64,000 nucleotides of DNA from a bacterium (lineage in GTDB: Bacteria; Omnitrophota; Gorgyraeia; Aquiviventales; Aquiviventaceae): the NCBI GenBank assembly GCA_036396895.1, contig DASWKB010000024.1, forward strand, positions 2,115 to 66,114, given 5' to 3'. The position numbers and the translations under genes are program-made. A model generated the notes under the pieces. It was given only the letters and a program-made list of their open reading frames with translations, was not told the origin of the DNA and ran no database searches. This document shows positions 23,552 through 32,781 of the stretch, in pieces (positions within the stretch are counted from its first letter, which is position 1; each line of letters begins with the position of its first letter).

Positions 23552-23870
23552 GGGCGGGGTCCCCGGACGCGGACCGGAGTTCCGGCCACGTCGTCGCCGA
23601 TCCGGCAGCCGTCATCCACCGTCGAGTGGCTCCAGATCCAGCAGCGGTCCCCGATGACCGTCTCGTCCCGGACTACGACGTGGTGGCCCGACTCGCACCG
23701 CCCGCCGATATCGGTCTCACCATGCACGACCGTCTCGCTGCGCAGCCGGGCTCCCCGGCCGATCTTTGCCGGCTCTCGCGCGATCAGCCGGCCGGATGCG
23801 ACCCCGAGCTCGACGCCTTCGCCAATCACGCACTCGGGCCCCACCTCGACCCATGGTGATGTCCTTGCTG
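23548..23870 (-). CDS. left-handed beta-helix (hexapeptide-repeat) acyltransferase, unusually short
   Basis: Hexapeptide-like periodicity in IGEGVELG, IGRGARLR, IGGRCESG, IGDRCWIW, CRIGDDV. Only 107 aa from the ATG at 23870. Confidence 0.55.
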
Positions 23871-23889
23871 ACGTGCTCATTGCCGCTCG

Positions 23890-23979
23890 TGCCAAATTCG
23901 AAATTGGGAGTTCGGAATGCGAAATTGCATGTGCGGATCTGATATTCCGCGTTCCGCATTCCGCATTCCGCATTTGGCA
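23890..23979. repeat. inverted hepta-1 arrays forming a hairpin
   Basis: tgccaaattcgaaattgggagttcggaatgcgaaat, loop of about 18 nt, attccgcgttccgcattccgcattccgcatttggca. Confidence 0.85.
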
Positions 23980-24003
23980 AGGTTCATGCTCGGCTCACGT
24001 CAC

Positions 24004-24024
24004 GCGCCCCTCGCCCCGTGCCCC
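24004..24024. repeat. hepta-4 tandem array (NNGCCCC orientation)
   Basis: gcgcccc-tcgcccc-gtgcccc, immediately downstream of the DegT-family stop. Confidence 0.75.
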
Positions 24025-24026
24025 GT

Positions 24027-25202
24027 TCATGCCCGAGACGCCTGCTTGCGTTTGAGGCGCACGTCGCGCGACGGCGCCAACCCGTAGATCTCAAGCAGCT
24101 CGCCCGTCTGCTCCACCACTTCTGCGACCTGCTCGCGCGTCAGTTGTGGATGCAATGGAAGGGCTAAAATCTCATCCGCGATCCGCTCGGCGGCGGGAAG
24201 GTCGCCCCGCTTCAGCGGCTGGCCCTCGTACATGGAGCCCAGATGGATGGGCCGAGGATAATGCGTCATCGCCTGAATCCCTCGCGCGCGCAAATCGGCG
24301 AGCATCCGGTCGCGCTCCGGCACGCGGACGCTGAAGAGGTGATAGACATGCTCGCGCCCCGGCAGCTCCGCCGGCAACCCGACGCGCTCCAGCCCCTCCG
24401 CGGCGAACGAGTCCCGGTACCACCCCGCGCGCTCGCGCCGGGCGGCGTTCCAGGGTTGGAGGTATTTCAATTTGACCAGCAGGATCGCCGCCTGGAGCTC
24501 ATCGAGCCGGCTGTTCCGGCCGTATCCGGAATAGGTCATCTTGTCCTTGGTGCCGTAGTTGCGAAGCAGGCCGAGCCGCTCGGCGACGCCGGGATCGCTG
24601 GTGACGATCGCGCCCCCGTCCCCGACCGCTCCCAGGTTCTTGGTCGGATAGAAGCTGAAGCAGCCCGCCTGGCCGAAGCTGCCCACCGGCCGCCCGCGAT
24701 AGCGCGCGCCGATCGCCTGCGCGCAGTCCTCGATCACCGCGAGTTTGTGCGCCTTCGCCAGCGCCAGCACGCCGTCGAGATCGCACGGCTGCCCGAAGAG
24801 GTGCACGGGGATGATCGCTCGCGTGCGCGAGGTCACGCGGCGCGCGGCATCCTCGAGGTCGATGCCGAAATCGTCCTCCCGCACGTCTGCGATCACGGGA
24901 ATCCCCCCGATCGTGGTCACTGCCAGCGGAGTAGCCATGAACGTCAGGGCCGGCACGATCACCTCGTCCCCCCGGCCCACGCCGCACGCGCGAAGCGCCA
25001 GCTCAAGCGCATCCGTGCCGGAATTGACGCCGACGGCCATGTCGCAGTCGCAGCGCTCCGCCAGCGCCCGCTCGAACGCCTGGAGGTACTGCCCCAGGAT
25101 GTACTGCCCGCTCGCGAGGACCGTTTTCACGGCGCGGTCGATCTCGCGCTGGATCGAGCGATACTGCCCGGCCAGATCAATCAAGGGAATGTGATATTTC
25201 AT
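24027..25202 (-). CDS. DegT/DnrJ/EryC1/StrS-family PLP-dependent sugar aminotransferase
   Basis: IPLIDLAGQY, VNSGTDALELAL, FYPTKNLGA. Confidence 0.9.
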   Translation of the reverse strand: MKYHIPLIDLAGQYRSIQREIDRAVKTVLASGQYILGQYLQAFERALAERCDCDMAVGVNSGTDALELALRACGVGRGDEVIVPALTFMATPLAVTTIGGIPVIADVREDDFGIDLEDAARRVTSRTRAIIPVHLFGQPCDLDGVLALAKAHKLAVIEDCAQAIGARYRGRPVGSFGQAGCFSFYPTKNLGAVGDGGAIVTSDPGVAERLGLLRNYGTKDKMTYSGYGRNSRLDELQAAILLVKLKYLQPWNAARRERAGWYRDSFAAEGLERVGLPAELPGREHVYHLFSVRVPERDRMLADLRARGIQAMTHYPRPIHLGSMYEGQPLKRGDLPAAERIADEILALPLHPQLTREQVAEVVEQTGELLEIYGLAPSRDVRLKRKQASRA

Positions 25203-25218
25203 GGCTCCTCACTACGCC

Positions 25219-25354
25219 GCGTCACGTGAAACGCGTAACGCGCCTTCATGTTGGACATGAGCCTCGCCCCACCGTTCCGGCCATCTGACTCGTCTTCAAT
25301 CATGATCGCGCTCGTTTGCTTCCCACGTTTCGCGTTACGCGTTACGCGTGACGC
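25219..25354. repeat. inverted hepta-3 arms around an ~80-nt loop
   Basis: gcgtcacgtgaaacgcgtaacgcg ... cacgtttcgcgttacgcgttacgcgtgacgc. The right arm spans the stop of the 25335 gene. Confidence 0.8.
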
Positions 25355-26447
25355 GATCCGCGGTTGTCGCCATGACCTCGTCGCAGGCCGCCAGGACATC
25401 CTCCACGCTGAGCTCCCTGAGGCACGCCCGGTCGTACGGACACGGCGGGAACCGGAACCGGTGATAGCACGGCCGGCAAGGCAAGCCCTGGATGTGCACC
25501 GCGCGGCGGCTCGGGCCGGGCGGATACGGCCCGTACACCCTGGGGTCGACCGGCCCGAAGATCGCCACGGTCGGGACCGACTGCGTGACCGCCAGGTGAA
25601 CCGGACCGCCGTCGTTCGCGAGCACGAGGCGACACCGGCTCAAGATCGCCACGAACTCCCCGAGCGTCGTGCGGCCGCTCGCATCGAGGGCCCCCTCGCC
25701 GATGGCGCGCGTCATGGCCGCGCAGACCGTGCGGTCGGCCTCTTCGCCCAGCACCAGCACCGCATAGCCGCGCCGCGCGAATTCCCTCCCGGCCGCGGCG
25801 AAATGCGCTTGGGGCCAGCGCCGGTACTGCGCCTCGGCCCCCCAGCTCACTCCGCCCGCGGGCATGAGCGCCACGCACGGCTTCCCCTCCGGAGTGCCCA
25901 TCTCTCGCAGCCGCGCATCCGCCCGCCGCCGATCCTCATCGGTGAGACTCAGCTCCATCCGCCGGTCGTCGAGCTTGAACCCCAGCGCCGCCATCAGCGA
26001 CGCGTGATGCTCAATCACGTGGCGGCCGTCGAAGCCCGCGATGCGCATCCGGCGCGTCAGAAACCGGCCGCGCCGCCGGTACGCGTAGCCCATCCGGCGA
26101 CGCACGCCCAGGAGCGACAGGATGAAGCTGTACTGCTCCACCAGCGACAGATCAAGCGCGAGATCGACGCGCGCGCGACGGATGCCGATGAGCAGGCGCC
26201 CCAGCGCGCCCAGCGCCGCGAGCGGACGCGACTTCCACAGCGCGTCCAGCTCGTCCTTTTCGTACACGAAGAGCTGATCAAGATGCGGATTGCGCCGGAG
26301 CACCGCTTCGGTCCGGCGATTGCAGAGGTAACTCAACCGCGCGCGGGGAAACGCCGCGCGCAGCGCCCGGATCACCGGCGTGGAGAACAGGACGTCGCCG
26401 ATCCCGAACGGGTTGATGATGAGAATGCTCGACACCGCCGAGGGCAT
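25335..26447 (-). CDS. GT9-family glycosyltransferase (heptosyltransferase-like)
   Basis: ILIINPFGIGDVLFSTPVIRAL and ANDGGPVHLAV. Confidence 0.85.
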   Translation of the reverse strand: MPSAVSSILIINPFGIGDVLFSTPVIRALRAAFPRARLSYLCNRRTEAVLRRNPHLDQLFVYEKDELDALWKSRPLAALGALGRLLIGIRRARVDLALDLSLVEQYSFILSLLGVRRRMGYAYRRRGRFLTRRMRIAGFDGRHVIEHHASLMAALGFKLDDRRMELSLTDEDRRRADARLREMGTPEGKPCVALMPAGGVSWGAEAQYRRWPQAHFAAAGREFARRGYAVLVLGEEADRTVCAAMTRAIGEGALDASGRTTLGEFVAILSRCRLVLANDGGPVHLAVTQSVPTVAIFGPVDPRVYGPYPPGPSRRAVHIQGLPCRPCYHRFRFPPCPYDRACLRELSVEDVLAACDEVMATTADRVTRNA

Positions 26448-26459
26448 GGCGAATCCGGC

Positions 26460-27443
26460 TCACGTCCCCGCGGGACTGTGCCCGGCCAGCAAATTCAGGG
26501 CTGCCGACAGCACTTCATCGGTCGCCAGCGCCTCCAGCGGCTGGTGCAGCACCACGTGCTCCGTGCCCCACGGCCCCCACCGCTTCGGGTGCGAGCCCGC
26601 ATTGCTCGTGCCGAAGAGCGCCACGACCGGCGTGCCGACGGCGGCGGCGACGTGCATGGGGCCGCTGTCGTTGGTCACCAGGCAGCGGCTGCGGGACAGG
26701 AGCGCCGCGAGCTGCTGGAGATTGAGGCGCCCGGTCAGGTTGATGACGGTGCCCCCGGGTCCGATCAGCGCCTGCGCTCGGGCGGTCTCCTCCGCGCCGC
26801 CGATGACGGCGACCCGGCGCCCTGACGATGCCAGGTGCTCGATCAGCGCACGGAACCGTTCGGCGGGCCACTCCTTGAAGCGGCGCGCGGACCACGGATG
26901 CACCACGATGAGCGCGTCGTCAGGCCGAAGCCCCTCGGCCGCCAGGAGATCCGTCACCGCGCTCAGGTGCTCCGGCGGGCATGTGAGACGCCAGCTCGAC
27001 GCGTGCACGTCGATGCCGAGCGTGCGGACCAAGTCAAGATTATACTCGACTTCGTGGCGGCCGCCAAGACGGTTGCGCCCCGGCACTCGGTGCGTCAGCA
27101 GCCAGCGTCCCCATTTTCTCGCGTACCCCACGCGCGTCGGGATGCCCGCGAGCCACGCGGCCAGATGGTAGTCTTTCTGCGGATTTGAGATCACGATCGC
27201 ATCGGCCCGTTCCGCTCTGAAGGCGTCCGCCAGCACCCGCACGCGCCGCAGCCAGAAGCCCGCCGGGCGCGGCTCCGGAACGGCTCGCCATGGCCCCGCC
27301 TGCTTCAGGAGCTCGATAAGCGCGGGATCCATGATCCAGGTGACGGCGGCGCCGGGATACGCCGCGTGCAGCGCGAGCACCGCCGGGATGTTCAGAATTG
27401 TTTCTCCCAGGCGGTCCGTCCTGACATACAGAATGCGCTTCAC
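26460..27443 (-). CDS. GT9-family glycosyltransferase (heptosyltransferase-like)
   Basis: ILYVRTDRLGETILNIPAVLAL and TNDSGPMHVAAAVGTPVVALFG. Confidence 0.85.
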   Translation of the reverse strand: MKRILYVRTDRLGETILNIPAVLALHAAYPGAAVTWIMDPALIELLKQAGPWRAVPEPRPAGFWLRRVRVLADAFRAERADAIVISNPQKDYHLAAWLAGIPTRVGYARKWGRWLLTHRVPGRNRLGGRHEVEYNLDLVRTLGIDVHASSWRLTCPPEHLSAVTDLLAAEGLRPDDALIVVHPWSARRFKEWPAERFRALIEHLASSGRRVAVIGGAEETARAQALIGPGGTVINLTGRLNLQQLAALLSRSRCLVTNDSGPMHVAAAVGTPVVALFGTSNAGSHPKRWGPWGTEHVVLHQPLEALATDEVLSAALNLLAGHSPAGT

Positions 27444-28675
27444 GATGCGCCTTTCTCACCGACCGGACCCGTGTCCGCCAGCACAACCGACGCGCGCCCG
27501 CACGCCAGACCCGCCAGGATCCAAAAGAGCGCCGCGTGCCTGAGCGCGTAGAAGTTCGTGTCGAACACCGCATGCAGCATGAACGCCACCAGCCCCGCCG
27601 CCGTGCCCGCCAGCATGGGCCGCTCCACCACATCGCGCCCCATCCGGATCGCGCGCGCCCAGAGCCGAAGCATCCCGCTCAGCAGCCAGCCGACCGCCGC
27701 CAGTCCCGCCAGTCCGGTCTCCGCCCAGATCTGGAGATAGCAGTTATGCGCGTACCGCGGCATGCGTTCCCCGCCGACGCAGAACGCCAGATAATTATCC
27801 ATGAACGTATTGAGCCCATGGCCGAGGAACGGACGCGTCTTGATCATTTCCCAGGCCGTGCCCCACATGTACGCGCGATCCTGGATTCCACCTGTCTTGA
27901 ACGTCAGGAGCGACGCCAGATAGCCCGTGCGCACCAGCGGCACCAGCGCCGCGGCACCGAAGGCGGCGCCCGCCCAGGCGATCGGGACCCGCAGTCGCCT
28001 GTCGACCACCGCGAGAAAGAGCAGGCCGGCCGAAAGCGCGACCCAATTCCCCTCCGCGCGTGTCTCGATCAGGCACCAGCCGAGAAATCCCACGATGACC
28101 CAGCGCGCGACCCGCACAATCCGCGGCCCGCTCCAGCGCTGCGCCAGCACAATGGGCAGGACCGTCATGAGATAGACCGCGAGATCGATGGGATTTTCAT
28201 ACGGGCCCTGCATGTCCTGATAATTGTGCGAACGCATCCCCCGCAGCGGGTCGGCGCCGAGGTACTGCCCAACCGCGCCGTCCAGGCCCACGACCACGGC
28301 CGACATGGCGAGAACGATTCCGCACCGCGTGGCCACGCCGGGCCGCCGCGCCACGTCCGCCACGAAGACCGTGAACAACGCGTACTCGAGCGTCTTGCCG
28401 ATCCAGCCGTCGATCGAGAGCGCCGGGTTGGTGCTCCACAGCCACGAGAGGCCGCAGATCACGACGTAGGCCGCCAGCGCCAGCGCCACCGGGCGCACCG
28501 GACTCCGGCGATGGAGGAAGAGGGGACGCTCCCCGCCCGCGTGCTCGAGCAGCCACCCGGCCAAGAGCAGGCCGAAACCGACTTCGACCGCCGACTTGGA
28601 GAACGGCAGCATGAAGAGCACGACGTACAGCGTGCCCTCTTGCAGGCGCCGGCCCACTCGCCGAGATCCGCTCAT
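27440..28675 (-). CDS. O-antigen ligase / Wzy_C-domain membrane protein
   Basis: Polytopic membrane protein with YAHNCYLQIWAETGLAGL, typical of the Wzy_C loop. ATG at 28675 forms an ATGA overlap with the upstream stop. Confidence 0.8.
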   Translation of the reverse strand: MSGSRRVGRRLQEGTLYVVLFMLPFSKSAVEVGFGLLLAGWLLEHAGGERPLFLHRRSPVRPVALALAAYVVICGLSWLWSTNPALSIDGWIGKTLEYALFTVFVADVARRPGVATRCGIVLAMSAVVVGLDGAVGQYLGADPLRGMRSHNYQDMQGPYENPIDLAVYLMTVLPIVLAQRWSGPRIVRVARWVIVGFLGWCLIETRAEGNWVALSAGLLFLAVVDRRLRVPIAWAGAAFGAAALVPLVRTGYLASLLTFKTGGIQDRAYMWGTAWEMIKTRPFLGHGLNTFMDNYLAFCVGGERMPRYAHNCYLQIWAETGLAGLAAVGWLLSGMLRLWARAIRMGRDVVERPMLAGTAAGLVAFMLHAVFDTNFYALRHAALFWILAGLACGRASVVLADTGPVGEKGAS

Positions 28676-30492
28676 ACGGGACTTTCCAGCCCGCTCGACA
28701 CCACGCGCCAGGCGACGCCCCGCGGCTCGCAACCGCGCCGGATGTGCTCGAGGAGATCCGCCGGCGGGTCCGCGATCGCGACGAATACCGTTTGAACCCT
28801 CCATGCACTGATCGCCTGCTCGAGGTCCTCGCGCGACCCCAGCACCGGGACGCCGTGAATGCGGCTCCCCAGCTTGTCCGGATCGTCATCCAGCACCCCC
28901 ACCACGCGCAGGCCTCCCGGTCCTTCGTGCAGCGACCGGAGCGAGCGCAGCATCGCCGCGCCGACGTCCCCCGCGCCGACGACGAGGACAGGCGTCCCGC
29001 CCGAGGCGGCGCGCCGGATCCATTCATCCAGCAGCCGCTCCGTGACGCGCGCGCCCGCCACCGCCAGCAGCGTGATCATCCAATCAATGACGAAGACCGC
29101 CCTGGAGTAGCCCTCGAAACGCCAGAGGAACAGCACCGCCAGCGCCGAGAGCATGGACGCGAGCGTCACCGTGCGGACCAGCCCCACAAGGTCCGCGAGA
29201 CTGACGTACCGCCACAGCCCCCGGTAGAGGCCGCAGACCGCGAAGCAGGCGATTTTGATCACCAGAATCAGCGGGAGCGACTGCGCGATCTGCCTCGACA
29301 GCGGCGGGTTCAGCCCCCCCTCGAACCGCAGGAGATACGCCAGCACGTACGCCGCGCTGAGCAGCAGGAAATCCGCCAGAATCTCGAACAACCGGCGCTT
29401 GTGCAGGAGGATGGTGTCGATGCGGGTGACCCGGACCGCGCGAGCCTCGGCGGGCACCGCGGCGCCGGCGGCGATCCGGTACACCTTGACCCGCGAGAGA
29501 TACCGCCCGAGCAGCAGCAGCACGGCGATCGTGAATAGGCCCAGCGCGAGCACCGGCAGCGCGTTCAGAAGCCCGGCGAGAATACTGAGCGCGCCCAGGC
29601 TGGCACTCAGGAGGTACAGGACGCCCATCGTCTGCCTCGTCGACAGACCAAGAATCGCCAGCCGGTGGGAGACATGGTCCGTGCCGCCGACGAACGGATG
29701 CTGCCCGTGCCGCAGCCGTTGAATGGTGACGAACAGGGTGTCGAAAATCGGCACGGCGAGCACCAACACCGGCACCGCGAGCACGCTGAGCAGCTGGGCG
29801 GAAGGCTGCCATGTTCCCATGACCGAGAGTGCCGCAAGCACAAGGCCGAGCACGTGGCTTCCGGAATCGCCCATGTAGATTTTCGCGGGCGGCAGATTGT
29901 ACTGCAGGAAGCCGAGCGCGGCGCCGAACAGGACGGCGCTGTAGCCGACGAGCGTCCAGTCCCCCAGCAGCCAGGCGTGGACGGCGCAGAAGCCCGCGGC
30001 CATGCCGCCGATTCCGGCGGCGAGCCCGTCCATGTTGTCCAGCAAATTGAACGCGTTCATCACGAAGACGAACCACAGCACCGACAGCGGAATGGAGAGC
30101 CACGGCGCCTGGTCGAGCTCGATCCGAAGCCCCGCGAGGACCATCAGGCAGCCGATCAGGAGCTGGACCACCAGCTTCACATACGGCCGCATGCGCCTAA
30201 GATCATCGCCGAGCCCGAGCAGAAAGACGGCCCCGGCCCCGGCCATCAGCACCCCGCCGGCTCCCCGCAGGGGCAGCCACAGCACCGCGCCCGCAAGGAA
30301 TCCGAAAAAGATGGCGACGCCGCCCAGGCGCGCCACCGCCCTCCGCCCCCATCGGTCCTGCACGGGCCGCGACACCAATCCCGCGCGCACTGCGGCCATG
30401 CGCACAAGCGGCGTGAGCACGAGTGTCGCCACGAAGGCCGTCAGGCTCGCCGCGAGCGGCGTCCAAGCGTGTTCGAGTCCCTCCACCGTCAT
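28672..30492 (-). CDS. WecA/MraY-family polyprenyl-phosphate HexNAc-1-phosphate transferase fused to a CapD/WbpM-N-terminal-like membrane and Rossmann module
   Basis: N-terminal half has NAFNLLDNMDGLAAG and YMGDSGSHVLG. C-terminal half has 4 hydrophobic spans, then VLVVGAGDVGAAMLRSL and VVGVLDDDPDKLGSRIHGVPVLG. Start placed at MTVEGLEH (30492). Confidence 0.8.
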   Translation of the reverse strand: MTVEGLEHAWTPLAASLTAFVATLVLTPLVRMAAVRAGLVSRPVQDRWGRRAVARLGGVAIFFGFLAGAVLWLPLRGAGGVLMAGAGAVFLLGLGDDLRRMRPYVKLVVQLLIGCLMVLAGLRIELDQAPWLSIPLSVLWFVFVMNAFNLLDNMDGLAAGIGGMAAGFCAVHAWLLGDWTLVGYSAVLFGAALGFLQYNLPPAKIYMGDSGSHVLGLVLAALSVMGTWQPSAQLLSVLAVPVLVLAVPIFDTLFVTIQRLRHGQHPFVGGTDHVSHRLAILGLSTRQTMGVLYLLSASLGALSILAGLLNALPVLALGLFTIAVLLLLGRYLSRVKVYRIAAGAAVPAEARAVRVTRIDTILLHKRRLFEILADFLLLSAAYVLAYLLRFEGGLNPPLSRQIAQSLPLILVIKIACFAVCGLYRGLWRYVSLADLVGLVRTVTLASMLSALAVLFLWRFEGYSRAVFVIDWMITLLAVAGARVTERLLDEWIRRAASGGTPVLVVGAGDVGAAMLRSLRSLHEGPGGLRVVGVLDDDPDKLGSRIHGVPVLGSREDLEQAISAWRVQTVFVAIADPPADLLEHIRRGCEPRGVAWRVVSSGLESPV

Positions 30493-30526
30493 CCCTCCCC
30501 TGCCGACTCCTTCCCTCCGGCCGCCC

Positions 30527-31522
30527 TCACCGGGCCGCGGCGCCCGACGCGGCCAGGCGCGCTCGCGTATCCTCGACGACGTTCTCGATGATCTCGTCGA
30601 GCCCGAGCGTCGGCTCAAAGCCGATGAGGTCCCGGATCTTGCTGATGTCCGGCACGCGGCGGGGCATGTCTTCGTACCCTTCCTCGTACGCTTCCGCGTA
30701 CGGAATGTACTCGATCGGCGACGCGCTGCCCGTCGCGCGGATCACCCGCTGGGCGAGTTCTTCGATCGTCACTTCCTCCTGGCTGCCGATATTGAACACC
30801 TGTCCGACCGCTCGAGGGTGCTCGATCAGCTCCAGCAGCGCCTCAACCAGATCGCGCACGTGCAGAAAACAGCGGGACTGTCCGCCATCCCCGTGCACCT
30901 GCAGCGGCTCCCCTGCGAGCGCCCGCGCAACGAACCGGGGGATGACCATCCCGTACGCGCCCGATTGCCGCGGGCCGACCGTGTTGAACAGCCGCCCGAT
31001 CACCGTTGGCACGCCCTTCTCCTTCCAGTACACGTACGCGAGGATTTCATCCACCGCCTTTGAGGTCGAATAGCTCCAGCGCGTCTTGAGCGGCGAGCCC
31101 AGGACGCGGTCGGTCTCCTCGCGCAGGGGTCCGGTCGAGTTCTTACCGTAGATTTCCGACGTGGAGGTGATGAACACCTTCTTCCGGTACCGGTGCGCCA
31201 TCTCGAGCACGATCTCGCTGCCCCGGATATTGGTCATGAGCGACTCCAGGGGCCGCTTGATGATGAGCTCCACGCCGACCGCCGCAGCCAGGTGGAAGAT
31301 CACGTCGGCCCGCTCCGCGAGCTTATCGACCAGATGCTCGTTCAGGATGCTGCCGATGACGATCTGGAAATCCCCGTGGCCGTCCAGGTGCGCCACGTTC
31401 TCGTACCGGCCCGTCGAGAGATCATCCAGCACCGTCACCTGATCTCCCCTGGCCACCAGCGCCTCCGCCAGGTGCGATCCGATGAACCCCGCCCCGCCCG
31501 TAATCAACGCCCTCATGCGCAC
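30527..31522 (-). CDS. SDR-family NDP-sugar epimerase/dehydratase
   Basis: [29 protein letters not shown]. Confidence 0.9.
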   Translation of the reverse strand: MRMRALITGGAGFIGSHLAEALVARGDQVTVLDDLSTGRYENVAHLDGHGDFQIVIGSILNEHLVDKLAERADVIFHLAAAVGVELIIKRPLESLMTNIRGSEIVLEMAHRYRKKVFITSTSEIYGKNSTGPLREETDRVLGSPLKTRWSYSTSKAVDEILAYVYWKEKGVPTVIGRLFNTVGPRQSGAYGMVIPRFVARALAGEPLQVHGDGGQSRCFLHVRDLVEALLELIEHPRAVGQVFNIGSQEEVTIEELAQRVIRATGSASPIEYIPYAEAYEEGYEDMPRRVPDISKIRDLIGFEPTLGLDEIIENVVEDTRARLAASGAAAR

Positions 31523-32781
31523 AGCTCCTCATACACGCGCTCCAAGTCGCCCACCAGGCGCGCGGCGGCATACCGCCCGGCGACGAACGCCCGTCCCGCC
31601 GAGCCCATCCGCCTCCGCTCGCCTCCGTAGGTGGCCAGGTAGCGCAGCCCCTCACACAACCCCTCCACGTCCCCCGTCCGGACCAGCATCCCATGCGCCA
31701 TCCTCAGGCAGTGCCCGTGGGTCTCCCCCGGACCCGGCCCCAGCAATTCAGCGACCCCGCCCACGTCCGTCGCCAGCACCGGCCGCCCGGCAGCCATCCC
31801 TTCGATCAGCGACACCGGCGTGCCCTCGTTGCGCGACGTCAGGCACACCACGTCCATCCGCCCATACAGCCGACGGGTGTCCTGCTCCCACCCCGTGAAC
31901 AGGACGCGATCCGCCACGCCCAGCCGGCGCGCCTCCGCTTCGAGCTCGCCGCGCAACTCCCCGTCCCCGACGATCTCGAATTGCACCCGCGACAGGACCG
32001 GATCGCGCTCACTAACCTTGATGGCCTCCAGGAACATCCGGTGGTGCTTAATCGGCACGAGGCGGCCGATGAGCCCCACGCGGATTTCTTCGCCGTCCTC
32101 CGGCGCCTGGGGCATCGCGAGCAGCTCCTCCAGCGGAAGCCCGAGCGGCACGACGAGAATCTGTTCCGGCCGTCCGATCCGGCGCCGCAGGAGGTCCTGG
32201 CGCACGGCCTCGCTGACCGCGATCAGCCGGTCGCTGCCTCGCGCCAGCAGCCGTTCGATCTGAATGAACGCGTTCGTCCGCGCCGGGCTGAAATAGCCTT
32301 CCAGCACGTGCCCGTGAAACGTATGCACCACCCGGCACCGGCGCCCCCCGCGCCCCCAGAGGGCGTTGTAAACGATCGCGGCGGTGCGTCCGAGCGCGCC
32401 GGCCTTGGACGTGTGCGTATGCACGATCCGGGGCCGCTCCTGGATCATCAGCGAGAGAATCTGCCACCAGGCCCGCAGGTCCGCCAGCGGCCGCACGGCG
32501 CGGCCCATCGCCGGCACGACGGCCACGCGCACGCCCCGCCGGATCGCCGTGAGTCTGAGATCCCCCTCGTGAGGCTCGGCGACCCCGGTCACCAGCAGCG
32601 ACTCGTACCTCGGCCCCCTGAACCCTTCGCCCAGCACGATCGCGTGGACCGCGGGCCCCCCGATGTTCATGCGCGCGAGGATCCGCATGATGCGCAGGGG
32701 CTCCGCGGCCGGCGCCGCGCGCAGCGCGCTGCGGCGCTGCGGCACGGTCTGCCGAATGAGCCACTCCTCCGCCGGAGTCAT
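31513..32781 (-). CDS. GT4-family glycosyltransferase
   Basis: C-terminal SRNEGTPVSLIEGMAAGRPVLATDVGG (E-x7-E region). Confidence 0.8.
   Translation of the reverse strand: MTPAEEWLIRQTVPQRRSALRAAPAAEPLRIMRILARMNIGGPAVHAIVLGEGFRGPRYESLLVTGVAEPHEGDLRLTAIRRGVRVAVVPAMGRAVRPLADLRAWWQILSLMIQERPRIVHTHTSKAGALGRTAAIVYNALWGRGGRRCRVVHTFHGHVLEGYFSPARTNAFIQIERLLARGSDRLIAVSEAVRQDLLRRRIGRPEQILVVPLGLPLEELLAMPQAPEDGEEIRVGLIGRLVPIKHHRMFLEAIKVSERDPVLSRVQFEIVGDGELRGELEAEARRLGVADRVLFTGWEQDTRRLYGRMDVVCLTSRNEGTPVSLIEGMAAGRPVLATDVGGVAELLGPGPGETHGHCLRMAHGMLVRTGDVEGLCEGLRYLATYGGERRRMGSAGRAFVAGRYAAARLVGDLERVYEELCA

Noticed and set aside
25199-25399. 66-aa ORF in the hepta-3 hairpin loop whose TGA overlaps the DegT-family ATG
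   Set aside because: Most of the ORF translates heptad units. The ATGA overlap arises automatically because the downstream gene begins ATGAAA. No ribosome-binding site is seen.
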